Source of the DNA: an uncultured bacterium
GTDB lineage: Bacteria; Patescibacteriota; Minisyncoccia; Phycocordibacterales; PALSA-1337
Direction: 5' to 3'
NCBI GenBank assembly: GCA_963701025.1
Contig: OY969557.1
Span: 106,405-170,404 of the forward strand
Length of the DNA: 64,000 nt
Both the position numbers and the translations under genes were made by a program. Shown here in pieces: positions 8,638 to 19,701 of this stretch; within the stretch, counting starts at the first letter, position 1; each line of letters starts with the position of its first letter. The notes below the pieces were generated by a model. It was given only the letters and a program-made list of their open reading frames with translations, did not search any database and was not told the origin of the DNA.

Positions 8638-10203
8638 ATGAACGAGAAAAAATATTTCATCTACACCAGAAAATCAACAGACACCGAAGACAAGCAGGTG
8701 AGATCACTTGCCGACCAGCTCGCAGAATTACGCGAGCTTGCGAGGAAAGAACAGTTGGAGGTTATAGACATTTTCATCGAAAAACAAACTGCCAAAATAC
8801 CTGGCAGACCTATTTTTGCTGAAATGTTGGAGAGAATTGAGAAAGGCGAGGCCTCCGGCATCCTCGCTTGGCACCCCGACAGACTCGCTCGCAACTCGGT
8901 TGATGGTGGAAAGGTTATTTATCTCGTAGATACCGGCAAAATCACAGACCTTAAATTTCCGACTTTTTGGTTCGATGCTACGCCGCAGGGAAAATTTATG
9001 CTTTCAATTTCATTTGGCCAGAGTAAATATTACGTTGACAATCTATCGGAAAACATAAAGAGAAGTTATCGTCAGAAATTGAAAAATGGACTATGGCCAC
9101 AAAGAGCTCCGGTAGGATACCTTAATGACAAAAAGACCAAGTCCATTGTCATTGATCCTGAAAAAGCTCCATTGATTAAGAAGACATTCGAGGCATACGC
9201 CACAGGCACTTATACCATCTCTAGTCTTCGTAAAACTATAGGCGATCTAGGATTGAAAGGAAACAAAGGCAAAGAACTTGCCATGTCAAATTATGAACAC
9301 ATTTTGAAAAATAACATCTATCACGGACTTCTATATTTCGGAGGTGAATTTTACGAGGGGAAACATGAACCGATTGTTTCGAGGAAACTTTTTGACACTT
9401 GCCAGGAGGTTATGAAAATAAAAAGTAAACCTCAGCATGAAGGCAGATTGAAGCCGTATGTTTATCGAGGACTATTCAAATGTGCGGAATGTGGATGTTG
9501 TCTTACAATAGAAACGCAAAAAGGCCATAACTATTTACGCTGTACAAGACGCAAAGGTCCGTGTTCGCAAAAATATGTTCGCGAGGAAGCAATGACCGAA
9601 ATGATCAAAGAAGAACTTAAAAAAGTTTCTTTGTCCGATGAAGTCGCTGATTGGCTTATTGCCAAAGTCGAAAAGGAAAAGACCGAGGATGGCGATTTAT
9701 CAAAAGATCAGATTGAGAAAGTGAAAAGTGAAATGCTTGCAATCGACGCAAAGTTAGACAAATTGATGACAGCATACTTGGAAAATGCTCTTACGTTGGA
9801 AGAATACCAGTCGGCTAAAAACAAACTCATCACTGAAAAGCAGGTTTTGAAAGACAAACTTGAAGCTTTTGGACGAAACTCGACCAATCGGTTCGAACCG
9901 GTCATAAACTTTCTAAACGACTGTAAACAAGCCAGTATTTTGGCAAACAGCACTGACACAACAAAGATCCGATCTTTTTTCCAAAAAGTCGGTTCGAACC
10001 CGCTCGTCCGCGACCGCGCCCTCATTTTTTCGCCCCGTGCGCCTTTTGCATTTGTTCCCGCAATTCCCAAAACGGCCAACAAAAATGCGGGCGGGGCGGA
10101 AGGGGGGTTTCAGGGGGGAATTCCGCCCCGCTCTCCACTTGGTATTTGCATTTCGCCTTTTTCGGACGATTTTCAGTTTTCCGCGAATTTGTGCGCCCAG
10201 TAG
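8638..10203 (+). CDS. large serine recombinase (resolvase catalytic domain, recombinase domain, zinc-ribbon/coiled-coil)
   Basis: N-terminus IYTRKSTDTEDKQVRSLADQ (catalytic Ser motif), LAWHPDRLARN, a central recombinase domain, Cys cluster CAECGCCL...C..C, and a C-terminal coiled coil. The last 55 aa are read through repeat C into the tRNA-Lys 3' end, so the true stop may be earlier. Confidence 0.85.
   Translation: MNEKKYFIYTRKSTDTEDKQVRSLADQLAELRELARKEQLEVIDIFIEKQTAKIPGRPIFAEMLERIEKGEASGILAWHPDRLARNSVDGGKVIYLVDTGKITDLKFPTFWFDATPQGKFMLSISFGQSKYYVDNLSENIKRSYRQKLKNGLWPQRAPVGYLNDKKTKSIVIDPEKAPLIKKTFEAYATGTYTISSLRKTIGDLGLKGNKGKELAMSNYEHILKNNIYHGLLYFGGEFYEGKHEPIVSRKLFDTCQEVMKIKSKPQHEGRLKPYVYRGLFKCAECGCCLTIETQKGHNYLRCTRRKGPCSQKYVREEAMTEMIKEELKKVSLSDEVADWLIAKVEKEKTEDGDLSKDQIEKVKSEMLAIDAKLDKLMTAYLENALTLEEYQSAKNKLITEKQVLKDKLEAFGRNSTNRFEPVINFLNDCKQASILANSTDTTKIRSFFQKVGSNPLVRDRALIFSPRAPFAFVPAIPKTANKNAGGAEGGFQGGIPPRSPLGICISPFSDDFQFSANLCAQ
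10025..10194. repeat. repeat C: inverted copy of 8171..8343, abutting the tRNA-Lys 3' end
   Basis: Base-by-base alignment to rc of B2. Hairpin gcggggcggaa...ttccgccccgc at about 10090..10130. Its last 8 bp (atttgtgc) are the same 8 bp that open repeat A. Confidence 0.8.
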
Positions 10204-10264
10204 GGATCGAACCTACGACCTTATCCTTAAGAGGGATCTGCTCTACCAGCTGAGCTATGGGCGC
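10192..10264 (-). tRNA. tRNA-Lys (anticodon CTT)
   Basis: Reverse complement GCGCCCATAGCTCAGCTGGTAGAGCAGATCCCTCTTAAGGATAAGGTCGTAGGTTCGATCCCTACTGGGCGCA. D-arm GCTC/GAGC, anticodon loop CTCTTAA, T-loop TTCGATC. CCA not encoded. Confidence 0.75.
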
Positions 10265-10321
10265 GTAGCATGAATCTACCAGATTATTGCGCAAATCTCA
10301 ATCGTGTGTAATACTATCGCC

Positions 10322-10546
10322 ATGGTAAATCGCATGCGCGCAACGCGGTCGCACCGCAACAATAGGCGCTCTCACCACGCCCTCGATGCGGCGCGGGTGT
10401 CGAAGTGCGGCAACTGCGGCGCGGCGCACAAGAGCCACGCCATCTGCATGTCCTGCGGATGGTACAATGGCCGCAAGGTCCTTGACCTCGCCGGCAAGAT
10501 AGCTGCCAAGGCCGAAAGGGCAAAGAAGGCGGCTAGTAAGAATTAG
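10322..10546 (+). CDS. rpmF: 50S ribosomal protein L32
   Basis: RSHRNNRRSHHAL followed by a Cys4 zinc ribbon (CGNCG...C.SCGWYNGRKV) is the L32 signature. The ORF-track start at 10304 is probably upstream of the true start; starts at 10322 or 10334 are also possible. Confidence 0.7.
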   Translation: MVNRMRATRSHRNNRRSHHALDAARVSKCGNCGAAHKSHAICMSCGWYNGRKVLDLAGKIAAKAERAKKAASKN

Positions 10547-10657
10547 TCTAATTCCTAATTAACCTAATTTCTAAGAAGAGGATTTAGGTCAATTAAAAAT
10601 TAGATCAATTAGAAATTTACAAGGGTTAGTTGTCATATCAAATGTTCTTTAATTAAA

Positions 10658-11494
10658 ATGGCCAATAGGCACTTATCACGGTCAGTAGTCCTCCAAGCCC
10701 TCTTCGAGTGGGACTTCCGCGGTCGGCATGACAAGGAGTCGAAAAAGATAGTCGCTCGCGACGCCAAAGAATTCGCCCCGGGAGTGAGCGACGTATCGTT
10801 CATGGAGGAGCTGATGAAAGGCATCCTCGGTAAAAAAGGCGAATTGGACGACATCATCGCCAAAGCCGCCCCGGAATGGCCGATAGACAAGATATCGCCG
10901 GTAGACAGGAACGTTCTGCGCATCGGCCTATACGAGCTCTTATTCTCCGACAGGGAAGAAGTACCGGCCAAGGTGGCCATCAACGAGGCTATCGAGCTGG
11001 CCAAGACCTTTGGCGGCGACACCAGCGGCAGGTTCGTCAACGGCGTCCTAGGCGCGGTCTATAAAGAGCTCGGCGAGCCAGGCAAGGATGCCCGGCCGGT
11101 CAAGAAAAAGAAAGCCGAAGTAGCCTACGAGGACATGCCCATACAGCATTTGGGCGGCGCGGTCGTCTATTCCCGGGACGGAACGGACGTCTACATGGCT
11201 TTCGTCCACGACATATTCGGGCATTGGACGCTGTCAAAGGGCAAGATACCGCCAGGCGTCGACCCCAAGGACGGCACCGTCGATAAAGTCAAAGAAGAGA
11301 TCGGTCTCGCCATCGAGATCATCGCCGACCTCGGCGAGAACGAGTACATCGCCAACGATCCGGAGATCGGCAAGATTCAGGAAGCAGGTGCATTATTATC
11401 TGGCCGAGTCCGCCTTCGAAAAGCTCGCTTTAGCCAAGAAACCAGGTCTCGACGATGCCAAAGTGGTTCAAACTCGCCGATATCCTTGAATTGA
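10658..11494 (+). CDS. nusB: NusB antitermination factor fused to a C-terminal NUDIX-like domain (apparent frameshift in the last 35 codons)
   Basis: The first 140 aa are NusB (VVLQALFEWDF, FVNGVLGAV). After a basic linker comes a NUDIX-like GHWTLSKGKIPPGVDPKDGTVDKVKEEIGL box. Near 11385 the +1 frame gives a NUDIX-like C-terminus (..QVHYYLAESAFEKLALAKKPGLDDAKVVQTRRYP*), which suggests a 1-nt indel. Confidence 0.7.
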   Translation: MANRHLSRSVVLQALFEWDFRGRHDKESKKIVARDAKEFAPGVSDVSFMEELMKGILGKKGELDDIIAKAAPEWPIDKISPVDRNVLRIGLYELLFSDREEVPAKVAINEAIELAKTFGGDTSGRFVNGVLGAVYKELGEPGKDARPVKKKKAEVAYEDMPIQHLGGAVVYSRDGTDVYMAFVHDIFGHWTLSKGKIPPGVDPKDGTVDKVKEEIGLAIEIIADLGENEYIANDPEIGKIQEAGALLSGRVRLRKARFSQETRSRRCQSGSNSPISLN

Positions 11495-11599
11495 ATTTTT
11501 ACAATGATATCTTGCCTATAGTGGCAAAAGCAGTCACCATTGTGAGTGAAGAGAAGAATTCGTAGCATTCGGACACATTTGCAGATTCGTATTATATCT

Positions 11600-12298
11600 A
11601 TGAAAATAAACTTCGAATCACTAGCGGAGAAATTGAACGTCACTTTCAGCGACATATCCCTTTTGCGCACAGCCTGCACCCACCGCTCATATCTGAATGA
11701 GAATCGTGGCTCTGGCATGGAGCACAACGAGCGCCTGGAATTCCTCGGCGACGCGGTCCTTGAGCTCGTCGTCACAAGCTTCTTATTCAGAAAGTATCCG
11801 AGTAAAGCGGAGGGCGAGTTGACCGCCTTCCGGTCAGCCATAGTAAACACGGTAAGCCTATCCAAAGTCGGCGAGAAGATAGGCCTCAACGATTACATGC
11901 TCCTATCCAAAGGCGAGACCAAAGATACCGGCCGGGCCCGTTCCATCATCGTGGCCAATGCAGTCGAGGCCGTCATCGGCGCCATTTACATGGACGGCGG
12001 CTACAACCCGGCGGCCAATTTCATCTCCGAGCATATACTGGAGACCATAGACATAGACGAGATCGTCAAGAACAAATCTTGGATAGACGCCAAGAGCAGG
12101 TTCCAGGAGAAAGCCCAGGAGAAGAGCGGGCTCACGCCTACCTACAAGACCCTGAAAGAGACCGGCCCAGACCACGACAAGCAGTTCACTCTAGGCGTCT
12201 TCATCGGCGACGTGCAGATAGCCTCTGGCACCGGATTGTCGAAGCAGGAAGCCGAGCAGAGAGCGGCGGAGAAAGCGCTGGAAGCGAAGGGGTGGTAA
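11600..12298 (+). CDS. rnc: ribonuclease III
   Basis: ERLEFLGDAVLELVV signature and a C-terminal dsRBD (KQEAEQRAAEKALE). The ORF-track start at 11546 is upstream; ATG at 11600 (MKINFESLAEKL) is the likely start. Confidence 0.85.
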   Translation: MKINFESLAEKLNVTFSDISLLRTACTHRSYLNENRGSGMEHNERLEFLGDAVLELVVTSFLFRKYPSKAEGELTAFRSAIVNTVSLSKVGEKIGLNDYMLLSKGETKDTGRARSIIVANAVEAVIGAIYMDGGYNPAANFISEHILETIDIDEIVKNKSWIDAKSRFQEKAQEKSGLTPTYKTLKETGPDHDKQFTLGVFIGDVQIASGTGLSKQEAEQRAAEKALEAKGW

Positions 12299-12411
12299 TT
12301 GCCCCCTCGGTGCTTTTTGTACTCATAAAGAAAATATTTGAAGTGAGAGCGCGAAAAGTTAGTAGGTGGAAAGTCAGTAGGGAGAGCATGGTCTTTGTCA
12401 CGGGCATTTTT

Positions 12412-12435
12412 AAAATCGTATGATCATACGATTTT
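12412..12435. promoter_or_regulatory. perfect 24-bp palindrome AAAATCGTATGATCATACGATTTT (candidate operator; half-sites AATCGTAT/ATACGATT, 4-bp spacer)
   Basis: Read directly. The same 8-4-8 dyad recurs at 12486, 18994 and 19066. Confidence 0.4.
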
Positions 12436-12485
12436 TACCTTTCGAATGAGATTATATGGCTCTATATCTTGCATTACACCTCATG

Positions 12486-12505
12486 AATCGTATGGATATA
12501 CGATT
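12486..12505. promoter_or_regulatory. dyad AATCGTAT-GGAT-ATACGATT (candidate operator, copy 2)
   Basis: Read directly. 50 bp downstream of copy 1, in the 620-bp rnc-smc gap. Confidence 0.4.
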
Positions 12506-12920
12506 TTGAAAACCGCTCCTTGGGAGAAGATACTGTTCCCATAGTCAAAATCGATTTCCCGTCCCACCTTATCCACTTCTTGCCTAAGGATTAAAAGGAT
12601 ACAATAAGAGAAACCCTCGACCTTTTTACTTATGGCATCAGAACAAATGCTTACTGCGCCAACGCGCGTCACTGTCCTTCCTATTATCCCAGACTATCTG
12701 GGACACGCCGTGAATAATCATGCGTCCAGTCAACGGGACTTTTGCCCGGAAGTCCGGAGCCCGTGCCATCATGTGAGATCAGATTGCCATTACTGTCGCT
12801 TGAGACGAAATGGCCCTGAACAGTTAGACCTTCCCCTATGATCCGAGAATCCTCGTTCTCCTCCGTTGAACACCGCATCGGGGGCTTTTTTTACGCCTCA
12901 ACAATGTTAAAATAGGACGC

Positions 12921-15206
12921 ATGTACCTGAAATCCCTGGAACTCTCCGGCTTCAAATCGTTCGCCAAGAAGTCGTCCCTGCATTTCACCTCCGACATCAC
13001 CGGCATCGTCGGTCCGAACGGATCCGGCAAGTCCAATATCGCCGAAGCCTTCAGATTCGTCTTGGGCGAGCAGTCAATCAAATCTCTTCGCGGTAAGAGG
13101 GGCGAAGACATGATCTGGAACGGCGGCGGCGATTCGTCGGCGGCCGGCGGGGGGGTCGGAGCGGCCAGAGCCAACCGCGCGTCGGTCAAGCTAGTATTCG
13201 ACAATTCTGGGAAGATGTTCCCGTCCATCGATTTCGACGAGGTGACGCTCGAGCGCGTCGTTCATCGCGACAACAGCAACGAGTATCTCATGAATGGCAC
13301 CCAAGTCCGCCTACGCGACATCGTCGAAACCCTGGCTTCCGCCCATATCGGTGCCAGCGGCCACCATATCATTTCCCAGGGCGAAGCGGACCGGATCCTG
13401 TCCGCCTCGATCCGCGAGCGCCGCGAGATGATCGAAGATGCCCTTGGCCTGAAAGTCTACCAATGGAAAAAATTGGAGAGCATCCGCAAGCTGGAGAAGA
13501 CCGAGGAGAACATGAAGCAAGTCGAATCTTTGCGCCGCGAGATCGCTCCGCATATCCGCTTTCTCAAGAAACAAGTGGAAAAAGTGGAGAAAGCCGAAGA
13601 GATGCGAAAGGAGCTGGTCGCCGTGTACAAGGAGTATTTCGCCAATGAAGAGCATTACCTGAAGTCGGAGAAAGAGCGATTGTCCGGCGAGATAGCCGGG
13701 CCGAAGAAAGAGCTGGCGGAATTGGACCGTGCCCTGGAGAAGGCCAAAGGCATACTCTCCGCTTCCAAGGACAAGGACAAAAAGAGCGACGAGGTCATAG
13801 CGCTCGAAGGCAAGTTAGCTTCCATTCGCGCAGAGAAAGACTCTGTGACTCGCGAGCTCGGCCGGCTCGAAGGCGAGATCGGGGCGAATAAGAGAGCCGT
13901 CGATAAAGAGCGCGAGAAGAGCACGAAGGAAGAATTCAAAACGGTATATTTGAAAGACGTCGAAGAGGTGATCGTCAAGGTGGAATCGCTGAAATCCATC
14001 GGCGACGCAAACAAATTGTTTACCGAGATCGTGTCTCTGCTCAAGAGCTTCATCGCCAAGCACCGCTCATCGACCGATTCGGGATTCATGGCCGAGACGG
14101 AGAAGGAGATAGCCGGCTTATCAAGACGGCGTAGCGAACTGGAAGCAATGCTCAAGTCCTCCGCCGGCGAAGAAGAGAAGCTCAAGCGCGACTACGACGG
14201 CCTCAAGTCGGCCATCGAGAAAGAAAAAGACACGAACCGCGACGCGGAGAAGGACGTCTTCAAGATCATCGCCCGGCAGAACGAGGTCAGGCACGCGGTC
14301 AATGATCTTTCCGGCAAGCTGTCGGCTCTGGCCCATGAAGAGGCGGCGTTCAAAAGGGAATTGGGAGAAGCCGGTACCATAGCCGGAAGAGAAGCGACCG
14401 AATATTCTTTGGGCAAAGTGCCGAATCAGATTGCGACGCGTGCTCAACAAGATGACCGCCGCCACAAGATAGAGAAGCTCAAGATCAGGCTGGAAGATTC
14501 CGGCGGAGCCGGCGGAGCCGAAGTTATGAAAGAGTATCGCGAGACCGAAGAACGCGACGCCTTTTTGGCTAAAGAGCTTGAAGATCTGGAGAAGGCAGGC
14601 GAGGAATTGCGCAAGCTCATAGCCGAATTGGATATACGCATCGACGTCGAGTTCAAGAGCGGTATCATGAAGATCAATGCCGAGTTCCAGAAATATTTCT
14701 CGCTCATGTTCGGCGGCGGCAAAGCCGAGCTTTCGACGGTGAAGGAGCCGAAGCGCAGGAAAAGGAGCGATACTGAAGATCTGGGAGACGTCTTATCGGG
14801 CATGGAGAAAGGAGAGAGGAGCATAGAAGAAGATTCGCCCGAGGATGGACCGGAAGGCCTGGAAGTCAATGTCAGCCTGCCTCGCAAGAAAGTGAAAGGC
14901 CTTATGATGCTCTCCGGCGGCGAACGGGCGCTCACGTCCATAGCTCTCATCTTCGCAGTATCCCAGGTGAACCCGCCCCCATTCATCATTCTGGACGAGA
15001 CCGATGCCGCCCTCGACGAAGCCAATTCCCGGAAATACGGCGACATGATCGAAGATCTTTCCAAACATTCCCAGCTTATATTGATAACCCATAACCGCGA
15101 GACTATGTCGCGCGCCGGCGTCCTCTACGGAGTCACCATGGGCGCCGACGGGGCATCCAAGCTATTGTCTATCGCTTTTGAGGAGGCGGTGAGAGTGGCG
15201 AAGTAA
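12921..15206 (+). CDS. smc: SMC-family chromosome-condensation ATPase, short form with no recognisable hinge domain
   Basis: N-terminus MYLKSLELSGFKSFA..GIVGPNGSGKSNI (Walker A), C-terminus LSGGERALTSIALIFA (signature motif), FIILDETDAALD (Walker B) and QLILITHNRETMSRAGVLYGVTM. The middle is coiled-coil only. 761 aa versus about 1150 aa for canonical SMC. Confidence 0.75.
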   Translation: MYLKSLELSGFKSFAKKSSLHFTSDITGIVGPNGSGKSNIAEAFRFVLGEQSIKSLRGKRGEDMIWNGGGDSSAAGGGVGAARANRASVKLVFDNSGKMFPSIDFDEVTLERVVHRDNSNEYLMNGTQVRLRDIVETLASAHIGASGHHIISQGEADRILSASIRERREMIEDALGLKVYQWKKLESIRKLEKTEENMKQVESLRREIAPHIRFLKKQVEKVEKAEEMRKELVAVYKEYFANEEHYLKSEKERLSGEIAGPKKELAELDRALEKAKGILSASKDKDKKSDEVIALEGKLASIRAEKDSVTRELGRLEGEIGANKRAVDKEREKSTKEEFKTVYLKDVEEVIVKVESLKSIGDANKLFTEIVSLLKSFIAKHRSSTDSGFMAETEKEIAGLSRRRSELEAMLKSSAGEEEKLKRDYDGLKSAIEKEKDTNRDAEKDVFKIIARQNEVRHAVNDLSGKLSALAHEEAAFKRELGEAGTIAGREATEYSLGKVPNQIATRAQQDDRRHKIEKLKIRLEDSGGAGGAEVMKEYRETEERDAFLAKELEDLEKAGEELRKLIAELDIRIDVEFKSGIMKINAEFQKYFSLMFGGGKAELSTVKEPKRRKRSDTEDLGDVLSGMEKGERSIEEDSPEDGPEGLEVNVSLPRKKVKGLMMLSGGERALTSIALIFAVSQVNPPPFIILDETDAALDEANSRKYGDMIEDLSKHSQLILITHNRETMSRAGVLYGVTMGADGASKLLSIAFEEAVRVAK

Positions 15207-15280
15207 CGCGAGATTTAAAATGTGAAACGCGAAATATTCAAGCGCTTTACTTTTTTGAGTTTTCATTTTACACTAGCCCC

Positions 15281-16039
15281 ATGGATCATCTCTCTAAACA
15301 ACAGCTCGTCCTTCTAGCCCTCCTAGTGTCGTTCATGACTTCGCTCGCCACGGGTATCGTCACGGTATCGCTAATGGATCAAGCCCCCCAGGGCGTCACC
15401 CGCACGGTCTCCCAAGTCATCGAGAAAACTATAGAGCAAGTTTCGCCTCCGCAGAGCGCCTCCGTGGGCACGGTCACCTTGAGCGTCAATGACCAGCTGG
15501 CCAGCGCCGTGGCCTCTGTTTCGCCTTCCGTGGTCAAGATAGAAGACATGCGCGCCGGCGTCGTCGTCGGTCTCGGGCTCGTAGTTTCCGCCGAGGGCAC
15601 CATCATGACTGACAAGTCGCTCATAAGCCCGCTGTCATCTTACGAAGCGTTATTTTCCGATGGCACGACTGTGACGCTGAATGCCGCGCCTGTCAATGCC
15701 GCTTCGCCGCAGGCGGATGGCGACGTAGTTTTCCTCACGCCCGCATCGCCGTCGACGACCGCTTTTAGTACCATAACGTTGGCTTCGTCATTGGATCTTG
15801 GCCAGACGGTCTTCTCGCTCGCCGGCACTTCCACCGCCGTTCTCGGACAGGGCGTGATAACCGATCTGTCAGCCTCATCTTCGCCGATAGGCACTTCCAT
15901 TTCCGCTGATAAAGTCGTTACGGGCAGTCCGTTGTTCGATATCCGCGGAAACATCATGGGCATAAGGACGTCTTCATTGCCAGCCGGTTCTTTCGAGCCG
16001 GTTGCACCGCTTTTGTCTGCCATGCCGGTAATAAGATAG
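15281..16039 (+). CDS. membrane-anchored trypsin-like (HtrA-like) peptidase-fold protein, probably inactive
   Basis: N-terminal TM helix. C-terminal GSPLFDIRGNIMGI resembles the HtrA GNSGGPL..G.V.GI motif but lacks the catalytic Ser and His context. Confidence 0.4.
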   Translation: MDHLSKQQLVLLALLVSFMTSLATGIVTVSLMDQAPQGVTRTVSQVIEKTIEQVSPPQSASVGTVTLSVNDQLASAVASVSPSVVKIEDMRAGVVVGLGLVVSAEGTIMTDKSLISPLSSYEALFSDGTTVTLNAAPVNAASPQADGDVVFLTPASPSTTAFSTITLASSLDLGQTVFSLAGTSTAVLGQGVITDLSASSSPIGTSISADKVVTGSPLFDIRGNIMGIRTSSLPAGSFEPVAPLLSAMPVIR

Positions 16040-16087
16040 ACCTCTAAATTTATTGCCGCAGATCGTTTTTCGTAGTACTATTTCACC

Positions 16088-18868
<2,781 letters not shown>

Positions 18869-18993
18869 GCTGGGGATTCAAGGACAATTAGGTCGTGAGT
18901 TTGGAATGTACGAAAATAGAAGCCACGATTTTTCATCATTCCATATTCCATTACCAGGGATGGATATCTCTGCCAGTAAGGTGTGGTTTTTGA

Positions 18994-19013
18994 AATCGTA
19001 TATCCATACGATT
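18994..19013. promoter_or_regulatory. dyad AATCGTAT-ATCC-ATACGATT (candidate operator, copy 3)
   Basis: Read directly. About 215 bp upstream of the PadR-like gene. Confidence 0.4.
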
Positions 19014-19065
19014 TGTCAGGTATAAGACACGATTTAGAGCCATACAATTTTACTTTTTGAGTACG

Positions 19066-19085
19066 AATCGTATGGTTATACGGTT
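19066..19085. promoter_or_regulatory. dyad AATCGTAT-GGTT-ATACGGTT (candidate operator, copy 4, one mismatch)
   Basis: Read directly. About 145 bp upstream of the PadR-like gene. Confidence 0.35.
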
Positions 19086-19227
19086 TTAAAATGTGGGGTA
19101 ATAGGTGAAGGGTGTTCTTTCCTCGTGCCAAAACTCTCTTAAAATATAATCTATGTTTATGATAAAATGTTTCGCTCCGGCATTATCTTATTTGTATTAG
19201 CCATTATGCAAATCTGTATCAGCTACC

Positions 19228-19557
19228 ATGCAAAAGATAACTAATGAATTGAAGATAAATACCGGAAGCATGCTCGAATTTATCGTCCTCAAGATGCTTT
19301 CGGGAAAGACGTATTCCATAGGGGAGATATCCAAAGAATTAAAATCCATAGGCTTCAAAACCCCGATGGGCAGTTTATACCCGCTTTTGAGCAGGTTGCG
19401 TCAAAAAGATCAGATTATGAGCGGGTACGAAGATGGAGACACCACATTAGTCCTCAAGACCTACGATCTCACGGAAAAAGGTCGCCGCCGCCTGGCAGAT
19501 CTGCGCGGCGATTGGAAACGGTTGAACTCGCTCATTGCCAGTCTCGGAACTCGATGA
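19228..19557 (+). CDS. PadR-family transcriptional regulator
   Basis: 109 aa. The segment ..YSIGEISKELKSIGFKTPMGSLYPLLSRLRQKDQI..YDLTEKGRRRL matches the PadR wHTH core (YPLL.RLE..G.I). Confidence 0.6.
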   Translation: MQKITNELKINTGSMLEFIVLKMLSGKTYSIGEISKELKSIGFKTPMGSLYPLLSRLRQKDQIMSGYEDGDTTLVLKTYDLTEKGRRRLADLRGDWKRLNSLIASLGTR

Positions 19558-19587
19558 TAGACTTCTAGTCGTCAGTTTTTAACGATA

Positions 19588-19671
19588 CGCGCAGGTGGCA
19601 GAGCGGTCAATTGCAATGGACTGTAAATCCATCGCCCTATGGGCTACGGGGGTTCAAATCCCTCCCTGCGC
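19588..19671 (+). tRNA. tRNA-Tyr (anticodon GTA), type II
   Basis: GCGCAGG acceptor, anticodon stem-loop ATGGA-CTGTAAA-TCCAT, long variable arm, T-loop TTCAAAT, 3' strand CCTGCGC-A. CCA not encoded. Confidence 0.8.
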
Positions 19672-19701
19672 ACAGCATTGAAATATCACTTGGAGCGGAT
19701 T

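Larger units (their letters stand above)
4114..10194. mobile_element. putative integrated element or recombination cassette bounded by repeats A and C next to two tRNA genes, carrying a large serine recombinase
   Basis: Repeat topology: A = X-core-P, C = Q-core-Y, rc(B) = Q-core-P. Content is low-GC accessory genes plus the recombinase at the edge next to tRNA-Lys. The interpretation is inferential. Confidence 0.35.

Noticed and set aside
10304-10321. ORF-track start of rpmF at 10304 (MCNTIAM...)
   Set aside because: L32 proteins begin directly with the basic RSHR-type segment. The extra residues are probably an upstream in-frame ATG, so a start at 10322 or 10334 is preferred.
12740-12775. 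GGAAGUCCGGAGCC segment resembling the RNase P RNA P4 strand or SRP RNA domain IV
   Set aside because: No matching 3' P4 strand (CCGGACU-type) or GGAAGCAGCC motif at the right distance. A full-length RNase P would overlap the smc start. Left only as a low-interest candidate.
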